This document shows positions 18,427-28,300 of a stretch of 32,000 nt of DNA, piece by piece (the stretch's first letter is position 1; each line of letters opens with the position of its first letter). Made by a program: the position numbers and the translations under genes. Source of the stretch: Horticoccus luteus (GTDB taxonomy: Bacteria; Verrucomicrobiota; Verrucomicrobiia; Opitutales; Opitutaceae); NCBI RefSeq assembly GCF_019464535.1, contig NZ_CP080507.1, positions 2,790,001 to 2,822,000 of the forward strand, read 5' to 3'. Under the pieces are notes generated by a model. The model was not told the origin of the DNA and searched no databases. It saw nothing but the letters and a program-made list of their open reading frames with translations.

Positions 18427-19404
18427 ATGGATAAACCAGCCCACGTGCTCGAGTTCGAGCGGCCCCTTCGCGAACTGGAAAAACAGGTGGAGACCCTCCA
18501 TCAGCAGGCCCTCGAAAACGACATCGATCTCAGCGCCGACATCGGCGTCATGGAGAAGAAACTCGAGCAGTTGCGGCACGAGGTTTACACGCGCCTCACC
18601 CCTTGGCAGCGCGTCCTCATCGCCCGCCATCCGCAACGCCCCTACTCCCTCGATTACGTCCGCCTCTGCTGCCAGAACTTCCAGGAACTGCACGGCGACC
18701 GCCAGTTTAACGACGATCGCGCCCTCATCGGCGGCACCGCGTTTTTCGAAGGCGAATCCGTCATGATCATCGCGCAACAGAAGGGACGCGACACCAAGGA
18801 AAACATCATTCGCAACTTCGGCATGCCCCACCCCGAAGGCTACCGGAAAGCCCTCCGCCTGATGAAACTCGCCGAACGCTTCGGCCTGCCCGTCATCACG
18901 TTCATCGACACGCCCGGCGCGTTTCCCGGCGTCGGTTCCGAAGAGCGCCACGTGTCGGAAGCGATCGCCGTCAATCTCCGCGAAATGGCCCTCCTGCGCG
19001 TCCCCTCCATCGCAATCGTGGTCGGCGAAGGCGGCTCCGGCGGCGCGCTCGGCATCGGCGTCACGGACCGCGTTCTCATCTTCGAAAACAGCTACTACTC
19101 GGTCATATCCCCCGAAGGCTGCGCGGCCATTCTCTGGAAAGATCGCGCGGCCGCCCCGAAAGCCGCCGAAGCACTCAAGCTCAACGCCAACACCCTCCGC
19201 GAACTCGGCGTCGTCGACGACGTCCTGGCGGAGCCTTTTGGCGGCGCGCATAACGACTACGAAGCCGCCGCCGCGACGCTCAAACATTCGCTTTCCCGCC
19301 ACCTCGCCGCGCTGCGTAAACTCTCGCCCGACGACCTCGTCGAGAAACGCTACCAGCGTTACCGCAAACTCGGCGTCTTCGAGGAAATCGCTGCGAAAGC
19401 CTGA
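18427..19404 (+). CDS. accA: Acetyl-CoA carboxylase carboxyltransferase subunit alpha
   Basis: The 325-aa product carries the AccA hallmarks LEFERPLRELEKQV, ARHPQRPYSLDY, GDRQFNDDRALIGG, FIDTPGAFPGVGSEERH, VVGEGGSGGALG. Confidence 0.95.
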   Translation: MDKPAHVLEFERPLRELEKQVETLHQQALENDIDLSADIGVMEKKLEQLRHEVYTRLTPWQRVLIARHPQRPYSLDYVRLCCQNFQELHGDRQFNDDRALIGGTAFFEGESVMIIAQQKGRDTKENIIRNFGMPHPEGYRKALRLMKLAERFGLPVITFIDTPGAFPGVGSEERHVSEAIAVNLREMALLRVPSIAIVVGEGGSGGALGIGVTDRVLIFENSYYSVISPEGCAAILWKDRAAAPKAAEALKLNANTLRELGVVDDVLAEPFGGAHNDYEAAAATLKHSLSRHLAALRKLSPDDLVEKRYQRYRKLGVFEEIAAKA

Positions 19405-19519
19405 GCGGCGCAACGCCCCGGCCGGAGCCCTTCGCGCTCCCGGCCGTTGCGTCCGCGCGGTCGGCCGCGCCTGCGTGCGCCGTCAATGCCGCGCGGCGAA
19501 TTTTCCTCCGTGCGCATCC

Positions 19520-20302
19520 TCAGCGCCGCACCGTCAGCAATTCACACTTCGTGGCGCAACGGTCCGCCGTATCGATCTCCAACAGCGCCCCCGACAGCCG
19601 CACGTCGCCCTCCGCGATCTCAAACCGCCGCGGCATGCCATCGAGAAAGCGTGCCACGACCGGTTGCACCTCGCGCCCGATCACGCTCGCGTAAGGCCCC
19701 GTCATGCCCACGTCGCACATAAAAACCGTGCCCTTGGGCAACAGCGTCGCATCCGCCGTCGGCACATGCGTGTGCGTGCCCAACACCGCCGCCACGCGCC
19801 CATCCAGATACCAACCCAACGCCTGTTTTTCCGACGTCGCCTCCGCGTGCACCTCCACGAGGATCGCCTCACATTGCCCACGCAATTGCGCAATCATCCG
19901 ATCCGCACAAAGAAACGGATTGTCCGCCTTGAGCCCCATGAAATCGCGTCCGAGCACGGTGAACACGCCCAACCGAAATCCGCGCGACTCGATGATGAGA
20001 TGATCCCACCCGGGACACGACGCCGGCAAATTCGCGGGGCGGCAGACGCGATCGACCTGCGTGATTTCCTTTTCCCAACCGCGCTGGTCCCACACGTGAT
20101 CGCCGAGAGTGATCGCGTCGACCCCCACGCCGAGGAGTGACCGCGCAATCGCGCTGGTGATGCCCGAGCCCGCCGCGGAATTTTCGCCATTCGCGATGAC
20201 GAAATCCAATTTCAATTCCTCGCGCAGCTTCGGCACCCGCTCGGCCACGATCTCGCGGCCGGGCCGCCCCACGATATCCCCGATAAAAAGAACCTTGATC
20301 AT
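19520..20302 (-). CDS. YmdB-like metallophosphoesterase (TIGR00282-type)
   Basis: N-terminus MIKVLFIGDIVGRPGREIV, then FVIANGENSAAGSGIT, DAITLGDHVWDQ and VEVHAEATSEK, typical of the YmdB family. Confidence 0.85.
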   Translation of the reverse strand: MIKVLFIGDIVGRPGREIVAERVPKLREELKLDFVIANGENSAAGSGITSAIARSLLGVGVDAITLGDHVWDQRGWEKEITQVDRVCRPANLPASCPGWDHLIIESRGFRLGVFTVLGRDFMGLKADNPFLCADRMIAQLRGQCEAILVEVHAEATSEKQALGWYLDGRVAAVLGTHTHVPTADATLLPKGTVFMCDVGMTGPYASVIGREVQPVVARFLDGMPRRFEIAEGDVRLSGALLEIDTADRCATKCELLTVRR

Positions 20303-20509
20303 CCTCCCAGCGTCGCACCCCCGGGCGCCAGTGCAAGGCAGGAGCTTGCGCGCGCCGACGACACTCGCGCCTCAAAGCCTCTTACTCCGCTGCGTCACCA
20401 CGACCCAGCGCCCCGTTTCTCCCGCCGCCCGTCAGCCCGCGGGATGATGCGAGTCGACTGCGCTGGAAAACGCCGGCCTCAGCGCCGGCCGATCGGCCGC
20501 GCCGCCCCA

Positions 20510-20899
20510 TCAGGACGAGTGCGGTTTCTTCCAGAGCGGTTTGCCGGTTTCCGCGGGTTTGCTCTTTGGCGCCGTGTGATGGGGCACCTGCGGCGCGCGT
20601 GCCGCCTGTTTTTGCAGGTCAGCTTGAATCTCCGCCTTGTCGGGCATCACCGGCGCGTTGGGCGAACCAGCCTCGCTCTCGTTCTCGCTACCGGACGCCT
20701 TCTCTTCGTGCGCGGCTTCGTGACCGGCGTTCCCCGTGCCATTGCGCTCCGCTTTGGCCGAGCGACTCTGCCGGTTTTTGGCGCCCACTTGCCGCTCCGC
20801 CTCCAGCCAGATTTCCACCTCTTGATCCGCCGGCTCTCCGGCTTGCTGCCACAATTGATAAGCCCGCTGGGCGATTTCTTCGTGATTCGGCGATTTCAT
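20510..20899 (-). CDS. DUF2934-family small protein (copy 1)
   Basis: ATG at 20899; I rejected the track's 48-codon upstream extension. N-terminus HEEIAQRAYQLWQQAGEPADQEVEIWLEAERQV matches the DUF2934 signature (A-x-RA-Y-x-LW..G.P......W..AE). A Lys/Glu/Ala/Pro-rich low-complexity tail follows. Confidence 0.65.
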   Translation of the reverse strand: MKSPNHEEIAQRAYQLWQQAGEPADQEVEIWLEAERQVGAKNRQSRSAKAERNGTGNAGHEAAHEEKASGSENESEAGSPNAPVMPDKAEIQADLQKQAARAPQVPHHTAPKSKPAETGKPLWKKPHSS

Positions 20900-21102
20900 A
20901 AAATGAAAGACAAGGGGTTGGGTGGAAGACTTGGAGCACGCCGAGCATAACGGCGTCCCCTGTTCCCGCCTAGCAGGTCTCAACCCCATGTAAGGCTCGG
21001 CGAATCGCATAGGCACTTCGTCGAGCGAAGCCCTAGACCCCAAGCTTGCGCCCGATTCGCGGGAACATTTTTCTCGGCCGTCGTCCTCACTCCCTTTCGC
21101 TC

Positions 21103-24100
21103 GTGTCGCCCCTCGTTCCCCGCGTCCGTGTTTGGTTCTGCGCCGTAGCTTTCACGCTCCTCCTGCCCTCCTTGCTGCGCGCCAACTCGTCGCCCTCGCC
21201 CAGCGAGCCGCCGGTCTCCGCCCGCGAACTTCGCCAAGGCTACCGCGACGGCTTCGTGCTCGCCCGCCCCCGCGCTGGATTGCGCGCGCTCGCCACCGAT
21301 TCTGAAACCCGCGCCGGCCGCCGCGCCGCGCGCATCTTTGATCGCTTCGGCGGTCTTCGCCTCCTCCAAAACACCTCCGGCGAGACCACCGCCGCCGCCA
21401 TCGCCCGCCTCCGCGCCACCGGCCTCTACGATTACGTCGAGCCCGACCGCATTCGCATCGCCACCGCCACACCCAACGACACCTCTTTCGCGCAACAGTG
21501 GAGCCTCCGCAACACCGGCGCCGGCGGCGGCACCGTGGGAGCCGACATCGATGCCGTTGCCGCATGGGACCTCATCCACGACGCGCCCAACGTCATCGTC
21601 GCCGTCATCGACACCGGCGTGCGCCTCACCCACTCCGACATCGCGGCCAACCTCTGGAACAACCCCAGCCCCACGTTCGGCGATTATCACGGCGCGCGCT
21701 ACATTCGCGGCGTGAAATCCGGCAATCCCAACGACGACAGCACCAGCGGCCACGGTTCCCACGTCGCCGGTATCATCGGCGCCGTCGCCAACAATGCCAA
21801 CGGCATCGCCGGCGTCGCCTGGAACGTCCGGATCATGGCGCTGAAGTTCATGGATTCCACCGGCCAAGGCTACGTCTCCGATGAGATTTCGTGCATCGAT
21901 TACGCCATCGCCCACGGCGCACAGATCATCAACGCCAGCTTCGGCGAAGACACCACCACCTCCTTCTCTCAATCCGAACTCGACGCCATCGCCCGCGCCC
22001 GCGACGCCGGCATCATCTTCGTCGCCGCTGCCGGCAACGACGCCTCCAACATGGACCTCACGCGCCACTACCCCGCGAGTTTTCCGTTGGATAACATCAT
22101 CGCCGTGGGCAGCTCCACGAAGCTCGACGACGTCAGCACCTTCAGCAATTACGGCCCCGGCGCCGTCGAACTCTTCGCGCCCGGCGAAGCCATCCTCTCG
22201 CTCAGCAACGCCGCCGATTCCGGCACCGCCGCCTACCAAATCCTCTCCGGCACGTCCATGGCCGCCCCGCACGTCAGTGGCGCCCTCGCCTTGCTCAAGG
22301 CGAAATTCCCCTCCGACAACTACCACCAGCTCATCAACCGCCTGCTGCGCGGCGTCGAACCCGTCGCCCGCTTCACGGGCAAGACCCTCACCGGCGGCCG
22401 CCTCAACCTCGCCGCCGCGCTCGTCACCACCGCCAATCGCCCTTTCAACGACGACTTCGCCAGCCGCGCCCGCCTCTCCGGCGATAACATCGCCGCCCGC
22501 GGCTCGACTGTCGGCGCCACCACCGAATCCGGTGAGCCCGCCCACGCCGGCAACGGCAGCGCTTCGCTCTGGTATGAATGGACGCCCACCACCGGTGGCC
22601 TCGTCCGCCTCAGCACCGCCGGCAGTACCTTCGACACCGTGCTCGCCGTTTACACCGGCACGAACCTCGGCGCGCTCCTCCCACTCGCCAGCAACGACAA
22701 CGACAGCGGCACGCTCACCAGCCGCCTCGACCTCGTCGTGCAGGCCGGCACCACCTACGAAATCGCCGTCGCCGGCAAAAACGGCGCCACCGGTTTCGCT
22801 CAGCTCAGCCTCGGCACCGTCCCCGGCAACGACGCCTTCGCCTCGCCCCTCGTGCTCAACGGCGCCAGCGTGCGCGTCACCGCCACCAATGCCAATTGCA
22901 CCCGCGAGGTCGGCGAGCCCCAGATCCTCAGCCAGGCCGGCGGCCACTCCCTCTGGTATCAATGGACCGCACCCGCCACCGCCCGCGTCCAAGTCGCCGC
23001 GTATTCCACCGACCTCGATCCGCTCCTCGCGATTTACACCGGCTCCTCCCTCACCGCCCTCACCCTCGTCGCCGCGAGCGATGACACGAACGGCCAGCCT
23101 GCCAGCCTCTGCACGCTCAACGCCGTCGCCGGCGTCACCTACCGAATCGCCGTCGATTCCAAAGCCGCCGATGTCGTCGGCCAGTTCACCCTCACGCTCG
23201 TGGATTCGCTCTGGCAGGCCACCACGGGCAACAACCTCACCAGCTCCCCCGCCGTCGCACCCGATGGCAGCGTCTACGTCGGCAGCGTCGACGGCTACCT
23301 CTACGCCTACAACGCCGATGGCTCGCAAAAGTGGGCGCCCTTCAACACCGGTGGCCTCATCGACACGTGTTCACCCGCCATCGGCGACGATGGCACCGTT
23401 TACGTCGGTTCGTTCAGCGGCTCGCTCTACGCGATCGACGGTGCGACCGGCGCCCAGAAATGGACCCAGCAAGTCGCCTCCGGCGGCACCGTCGCCAACA
23501 GCCCCGCGCTCGCCCCCGACGGCAGCATCTACCTTCGTTCCAACGACGGCCAACTCGTCGCCTTTACCAACGCCGGCACGCAAAAATGGACCTTCCCGAT
23601 CCCCGGCGAATCCTACGCGTCGCCCATCGTCGCGCCCGACGGCACCATTTACCTCGGCGCCGACAACGCCACGTTTTACGCCGTCAATTCCACCGGCACG
23701 CAGCAGTGGAAATACACGCTCTCCGACGCCAACACCGCCATCTACACCACCGCCGCGCTCGATTCCTCCGGTAATATCTACTTCGCCACCTTCGGCGGCG
23801 CGCCGAACACCGTCCGCTCGCTCACGCCCGCCGGCGCACTGCGTTGGAGCGCCAGCCTCGGCGACAACTCCACCTCCTCGCCCGCGCTCAGCGCCGACGG
23901 CGCCACGCTCTACCTCGCCGCCTACGACCATTACCTCTACGCGTTCAACACCGCCAACGGCGCGCTGCGTTGGAAGTTTCTCCTCGGCGGCGAAGTGCGC
24001 GCTTCCTCGCCCGCGGTCGATGCCAACGGCGTCGTTTATATCGGTTGTTACGACGGCCTCCTCTACGCCATCAACCCCGACGGCTCCCTCCACCGCACGT

Positions 24101-25317
24101 ATCCGACGGGCGACTGGATTCGGTCCTCTCCCGCCATCGCCGGCCACGCGCTCTACGTCGGCAGCAACGACCGTAAACTCTACGCCTTCGATCTCAACGC
24201 CGGTCCCGCGACCGGGCCCTGGCCCATGTATCGCGCCAACGCCCGCCGCACCGGCCGCGCCATCGTCGAACCCCTCGCAATCGTCGTCCCACCTGCCTCG
24301 CTCAACGCCTTGGTCGGCGACCCCGTCGACTTCACCTTCACGCCCAGCGGCACGGCCCCCTTCAGTTATCAATGGCGGAAAAACGGCGCGCCGATCCCCG
24401 GCGCCACCGCCGCCACGCTCCATTTCGATGCCGCCGCCGCCGCTGACACCGGCGCGTATTCCGTCACGGTGACCAATGCCCAAGGCTCCGTCACCAGCGC
24501 AGCCGCCACGCTCAGTGTTTACGCCGCCGGCCTCTCGCAGCTGAGCAATCTCTCTGTCCGCACCACCGCCGGAAGTGGAAGCCAGACCTTCATCGTTGGC
24601 TTTGTGATCGCCGGCGCCAGCAAGCCGCTGCTCCTCCGCGCCATCGGCCCCACGCTCGCCGATTACGGCGTGACCGGCGTCCTGCCCGACCCACAACTCG
24701 CCGTTTACGACAGCAGCACGCTCGTGGCCTCCAACGACAACTGGGGCGGCACCACGGCATTGAAGCAGGCGTTCACCGAGCTGGGTGCGTTCACCCTCCC
24801 CGACGCCAGCGCCGATGCCGCCCTCCTCACCACCCTCGACGCGAAACCCTACACCGTGCAAATCACGGGCGGCGTCGGCATCGCCCTGGCTGAAGTTTAC
24901 GATGCGCACCTCGACCCGGCCAGCGCGCCCCGCCTCACTAACATCTCCGCGCGCACGCAGGTCGGCACCGGCAATGGCATTCTCATCGCCGGCTTTGTCG
25001 TCCACGGCGCGGGCGCCAAACGCGTGCTCATCCGTGGCGTCGGCCCGCGCTTGCTCGACTACGGCGTGTCCGGCGTCCTCGCCGATCCGGTGCTGCAACT
25101 CTTCAAGGATGGCGCGCTCGTCGCCGAAAACGACGACTGGGGCGGCGCTCCTGCCCTGAGTGCCGCCGCGGAAGCCGTTGGCGCGTTTACGCTTGGTCAG
25201 GGCGGCAAGGATTCCGCGCTGCTCGTCACCTTGCCCGCCGGCGTTTATACTGCGCAGGTTTCTGGCGTGGGAGGCACGACGGGCGTCGCCCTCGTCGAAA
25301 TCTACGACGTGCAATAA
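21103..25317 (+). CDS. Giant secreted S8 subtilase: I9-like propeptide, S8 domain, two PPC-like modules, PQQ-like beta-propeller, Ig-like domain and two copies of an unassigned C-terminal module
   Basis: The start is ambiguous. GTG 21103 gives a canonical signal peptide ((M)SPLVPRVRVWFCAVAFTLLLPSLLRA/NS); the track ORF begins at TTG 21046. Catalytic triad: Asp in VAVIDTGV (21610-21612), His in GHGSHVAG (21751-21753), Ser in SGTSMAAPHV (22255-22257). Downstream there are about 8 repeats of the SPA(V/L)..DG.(V/I)Y(V/L)G..D..LYA(F/I/Y) type, then an Ig-like FSYQWRKNG..GAYSVTVTN. Confidence 0.85.
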   Translation: MSPLVPRVRVWFCAVAFTLLLPSLLRANSSPSPSEPPVSARELRQGYRDGFVLARPRAGLRALATDSETRAGRRAARIFDRFGGLRLLQNTSGETTAAAIARLRATGLYDYVEPDRIRIATATPNDTSFAQQWSLRNTGAGGGTVGADIDAVAAWDLIHDAPNVIVAVIDTGVRLTHSDIAANLWNNPSPTFGDYHGARYIRGVKSGNPNDDSTSGHGSHVAGIIGAVANNANGIAGVAWNVRIMALKFMDSTGQGYVSDEISCIDYAIAHGAQIINASFGEDTTTSFSQSELDAIARARDAGIIFVAAAGNDASNMDLTRHYPASFPLDNIIAVGSSTKLDDVSTFSNYGPGAVELFAPGEAILSLSNAADSGTAAYQILSGTSMAAPHVSGALALLKAKFPSDNYHQLINRLLRGVEPVARFTGKTLTGGRLNLAAALVTTANRPFNDDFASRARLSGDNIAARGSTVGATTESGEPAHAGNGSASLWYEWTPTTGGLVRLSTAGSTFDTVLAVYTGTNLGALLPLASNDNDSGTLTSRLDLVVQAGTTYEIAVAGKNGATGFAQLSLGTVPGNDAFASPLVLNGASVRVTATNANCTREVGEPQILSQAGGHSLWYQWTAPATARVQVAAYSTDLDPLLAIYTGSSLTALTLVAASDDTNGQPASLCTLNAVAGVTYRIAVDSKAADVVGQFTLTLVDSLWQATTGNNLTSSPAVAPDGSVYVGSVDGYLYAYNADGSQKWAPFNTGGLIDTCSPAIGDDGTVYVGSFSGSLYAIDGATGAQKWTQQVASGGTVANSPALAPDGSIYLRSNDGQLVAFTNAGTQKWTFPIPGESYASPIVAPDGTIYLGADNATFYAVNSTGTQQWKYTLSDANTAIYTTAALDSSGNIYFATFGGAPNTVRSLTPAGALRWSASLGDNSTSSPALSADGATLYLAAYDHYLYAFNTANGALRWKFLLGGEVRASSPAVDANGVVYIGCYDGLLYAINPDGSLHRTYPTGDWIRSSPAIAGHALYVGSNDRKLYAFDLNAGPATGPWPMYRANARRTGRAIVEPLAIVVPPASLNALVGDPVDFTFTPSGTAPFSYQWRKNGAPIPGATAATLHFDAAAAADTGAYSVTVTNAQGSVTSAAATLSVYAAGLSQLSNLSVRTTAGSGSQTFIVGFVIAGASKPLLLRAIGPTLADYGVTGVLPDPQLAVYDSSTLVASNDNWGGTTALKQAFTELGAFTLPDASADAALLTTLDAKPYTVQITGGVGIALAEVYDAHLDPASAPRLTNISARTQVGTGNGILIAGFVVHGAGAKRVLIRGVGPRLLDYGVSGVLADPVLQLFKDGALVAENDDWGGAPALSAAAEAVGAFTLGQGGKDSALLVTLPAGVYTAQVSGVGGTTGVALVEIYDVQ
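22435..23202 (+). repeat. Two tandem ~125-aa protein modules inside the subtilase (PPC / pre-peptidase-C-terminal-like; assignment unsure)
   Basis: Copy 1 is 22435-22827 and copy 2 is 22828-23202. Shared pattern: ND.FA....L.G...........E.GEP......G..SLWY.WT....G.V......S.(F/L)D..LA(V/I)YTG..L..L...A.(N/S)DD.......S........AG..Y.IAV(A/D).K....G.F.L.L. Confidence 0.6.
24541..25314 (+). repeat. Tandem pair (A1 24541-24903, A2 24934-25314) of the unassigned ~120-aa C-terminal module
   Basis: A1 is LSNLSVRTTAGSGSQTFIVGFVIAGASKPLLLRAIGPTLADYGVTGVLPDPQLAVYD..ASNDNWGG..LGAFTLPDASADAALLTTL..YTVQITGGVGIALAEVYD. A2 is LTNISARTQVGTGNGILIAGFVVHGAGAKRVLIRGVGPRLLDYGVSGVLADPVLQLF..AENDDWGG..VGAFTLGQGGKDSALLVTLPAGVYTAQVSGVGGTTGVALVEIYDVQ-stop. 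Confidence 0.8.
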
Positions 25318-25366
25318 ACGCAGTGCCGCATTGCCGCCGGGCAAATAATCCTCACGTTGCCCGCAC

Positions 25367-28300
25367 ATGTTTTCCGCCCGTCTTTTTGGCGCCGCGTTCC
25401 TCCTTCCGTTTGCCGTTCTGGCGCGGGATTTTCCTTCGGCCCCGCCGCCGGCTGCTCCCGCTCAGTCCCGCGCCGCTGCCGCGCACCCGATGCCCGCCGC
25501 GGCCGAGCCCGCGATCTATTCGATCGATGGCACCTCTGGCCCGCCGACCGATGAAGAGACGCTCTACGTCGAATACGTGAACCGGGCCCGCATGTTTCCC
25601 GCGGCCGAGGGCACCCTGCTTCGCAATACCACCGATCCCCAAGTGGTGTCCGCCTACAATTATTTTCACGTCGACCTCGCCAAAATGGAGAGCGAGTTCC
25701 AGGCCCTCACGCCCCTGCCGCCGGTCGCGTTCAACGCCCTGCTCACCAACGACGCCCGCGGTCACACGCAGGACATGTTCGACTATACTTATCAGGGCCA
25801 CGAAGGCCCCGAAGCTCCCCCGAACGCCTCCACGATCACGTCCCGCGCGCTGGCGGCCGGCTACAATTATCAGGTGATTGCGGAGAACGTTTACTCGTTC
25901 GCCGATTCACCGTTCCACGGCCACGCAGGCTTCGAGGTCGATTGGGGCACCGCGAGTGACGGCATGCAACCCACCCGCGGTCACCGGGCCAATATCCACA
26001 ATTCCAACGTGCGTGAAATTGGCGTTGGCGTCGTCATCGGCACAAAAACCGGCAACAACCTCGACGGCAACCCGACCACCGTCGGTCCCCAGCTTGTTTC
26101 ACAGGAGTTCGGCACTCGCGCCGCCCTCGGCCCGCTTCTCACCGGCGTCGCTTACTTCGATTTGTCGGGCGACCACTTTTATTCCATCGGCGAGGGCCTT
26201 GGCCAGGTGACGGTCACCGTTGAGGGCGCGAGCTACTCCGCCGTGACCGCGCCGTCGGGTGCGTTCACCGTGCCTCTGCCCGGCGCCGGCACCTACACCG
26301 TCACGTTCACCGGCCCCGGCCTTTCCCAAACCGCCACCGTCACCAGCGCCAGCGGCGAAAACGTGAAACTGGATTTTACGCCCACGTTTTCCCCCGCGAT
26401 CTTGAGCGGGCCCGCCACCATTTACGTCGGCACGCCGACCGCGTTCAGCATCATGCCGGCTCCCGGCGCCACCGGTTACCTGCTGACCAGCTACCTGCGC
26501 GACCTCACGCCCGTCACCGAGAATGCAGAAAACGCCGACCACTTCACCGTCGACGTTTCTGGCTACAATCCGGTGCAGACATCCGTGAAATCCCAAGGCA
26601 ACGCCGCGTTCAATCTCAAGCACCCCTCCGGCGACGATCAGGTGATGACCTTGAACCGGTCGCTCTTCGTTCGCGCGGGCGCCCAGCTCACGTTCTCTTC
26701 CCGCCTTTGCATCGCGACGGCTGAGGAAATCGCCAAAGTGCAGATCTCCACCGACGAGGGCACGACGTGGACCGACATCTACTCGCAGGCAGGGCCGGAC
26801 CAGCCCGGCGAAACCAGCTTCACCACCCGCACCGTGGATCTCAGCGCCTACGCCGATCACATCTGCCTCTTCCGTTTCCGCTTCGATTCCACCGGTAGCT
26901 ATTATCCCAGCACGGGCTTCCCGCAGGCGATCGGCTGGTTCATCGACGCCATCGCCTTTTCGCACACCGAAGAATTGCTCGGCAGCACGCAGTCCAGCAT
27001 GGGCAACGTGGTTTCATTTAATTACACCGCTCCCTCCGCCGGTTCCTATCTCCTCGCCCTGACGCCGGAAAACGTGACCCGTCACCTCCCCGTCAGCGCT
27101 CCTCTGCTCATCACCGCCACGCCTTTTGCCGGCACGCCCGCCAGCATCGTCACCCCACCGGTCGGAGCCACCGTCAACGAAGGCGGCACCGTCACCTTGA
27201 CAGTCGGCGTCACGGGCAGCGCGCCGTTCACCTATCAGTGGCAGAAGGACAACGTCGCCCTCACCGCGGCCACCTCGGCCAGCCTCACCCTTTCCAACGT
27301 CACCGTCGGCGACTCCGGCAGTTACACCGTCACCGTCACCAACGGCGGCGGCAGCGTCACGAGTTCTCCGGCCGTTGTCGGAGTCAACGGCACCCCGCCT
27401 TCCTTCAGCACGCAGCCGCAAAGCGCCACCATTACGGTGGGTGACACGATCACCCTCACCGGCTCCGCCTCCGGCACCACCCCGCTGACGTATCAATGGC
27501 AGAAAGACGGCGTCGACCTCCCCGGCGCCACCACCGACTCGCTTACTCTCGCCAACACGACCGCCGCCAACTCCGGCACCTATCGACTCAACGTCACCAA
27601 CAGCGTCGGCACGGTGCCGAGCGCCGAGGCCATCGTCACCGTCAATCCCGCCGCCCCGACCGGCGATCAGAGCTATCTCTCCAATCTCTCCGTTCGCGCG
27701 GCGATGGTGGAAGGCCAGACCCTCATCGTCGGTTTTGTCGTCGACGGCGGTAGCAAACCCATCCTCGTCCGCGCGGCCGGCCCCGCCCTCAATCAATTCG
27801 GACTCACCGGCGTCGCCGACCCGCGACTCACCATCTACAACAGCCAAAGCACGGTGGTCGCGGCCAACGACGACTGGGCCAGCTCCCTTAGTGGCACCTT
27901 CGCCGCACTCGGTGCGTTTTCTTTCCCTCCCGACAGCAAGGACGCCGCCCTGCTGGCCCCGCTCGCCGGACCTCACACCGCGCAGGTGACCGGCATCGGT
28001 GACGGCGCGATTCTCGTGGAGGCTTACGACGCGGGCATCAACGACGGCACGAAGCTCGTCAACCTCTCCGCCCGATTCCACGTCGGCACCGGCGCTGATA
28101 TTTTAATCGCCGGTTTCGTCCTTAACGGCACCGGCTCGAAGTCGCTCCTCATCCGGGCAGTGGGTCCGACCCTGGCCGGCTTCGGCGTCCCCGCCACCCT
28201 CGCCGATCCCAAAGTCGCCGTGTTCGACGGTGCCAACCTCATCGCCCAAAACGACGACTGGTCGGCCACCCTGAGCGCCACATTCACCCAACTCGGGGCG

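Noticed and set aside
21000-21060. 8-bp inverted repeat GCGAATCG...CGATTCGC enclosing a 5-bp hairpin (CTTCG-TCGAG-CGAAG), upstream of the subtilase
   Set aside because: The stems are short and at chance level. The right arm would lie inside the coding region if the TTG 21046 start is used. This is not enough to call a regulatory RNA.
20980-25368. Two very long minus-strand ORFs (20980-23328 and 23371-25368) and an 863-aa plus-strand alternative-frame ORF (21881-24472) inside the subtilase gene
   Set aside because: The antisense products are Gly/Ala/Val/Asp repeats, and the alternative-frame product is Pro/Ser/Thr/Ala-rich. The annotated frame has the catalytic triad and repeated structured domains. 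I see no evidence for overlapping genes.
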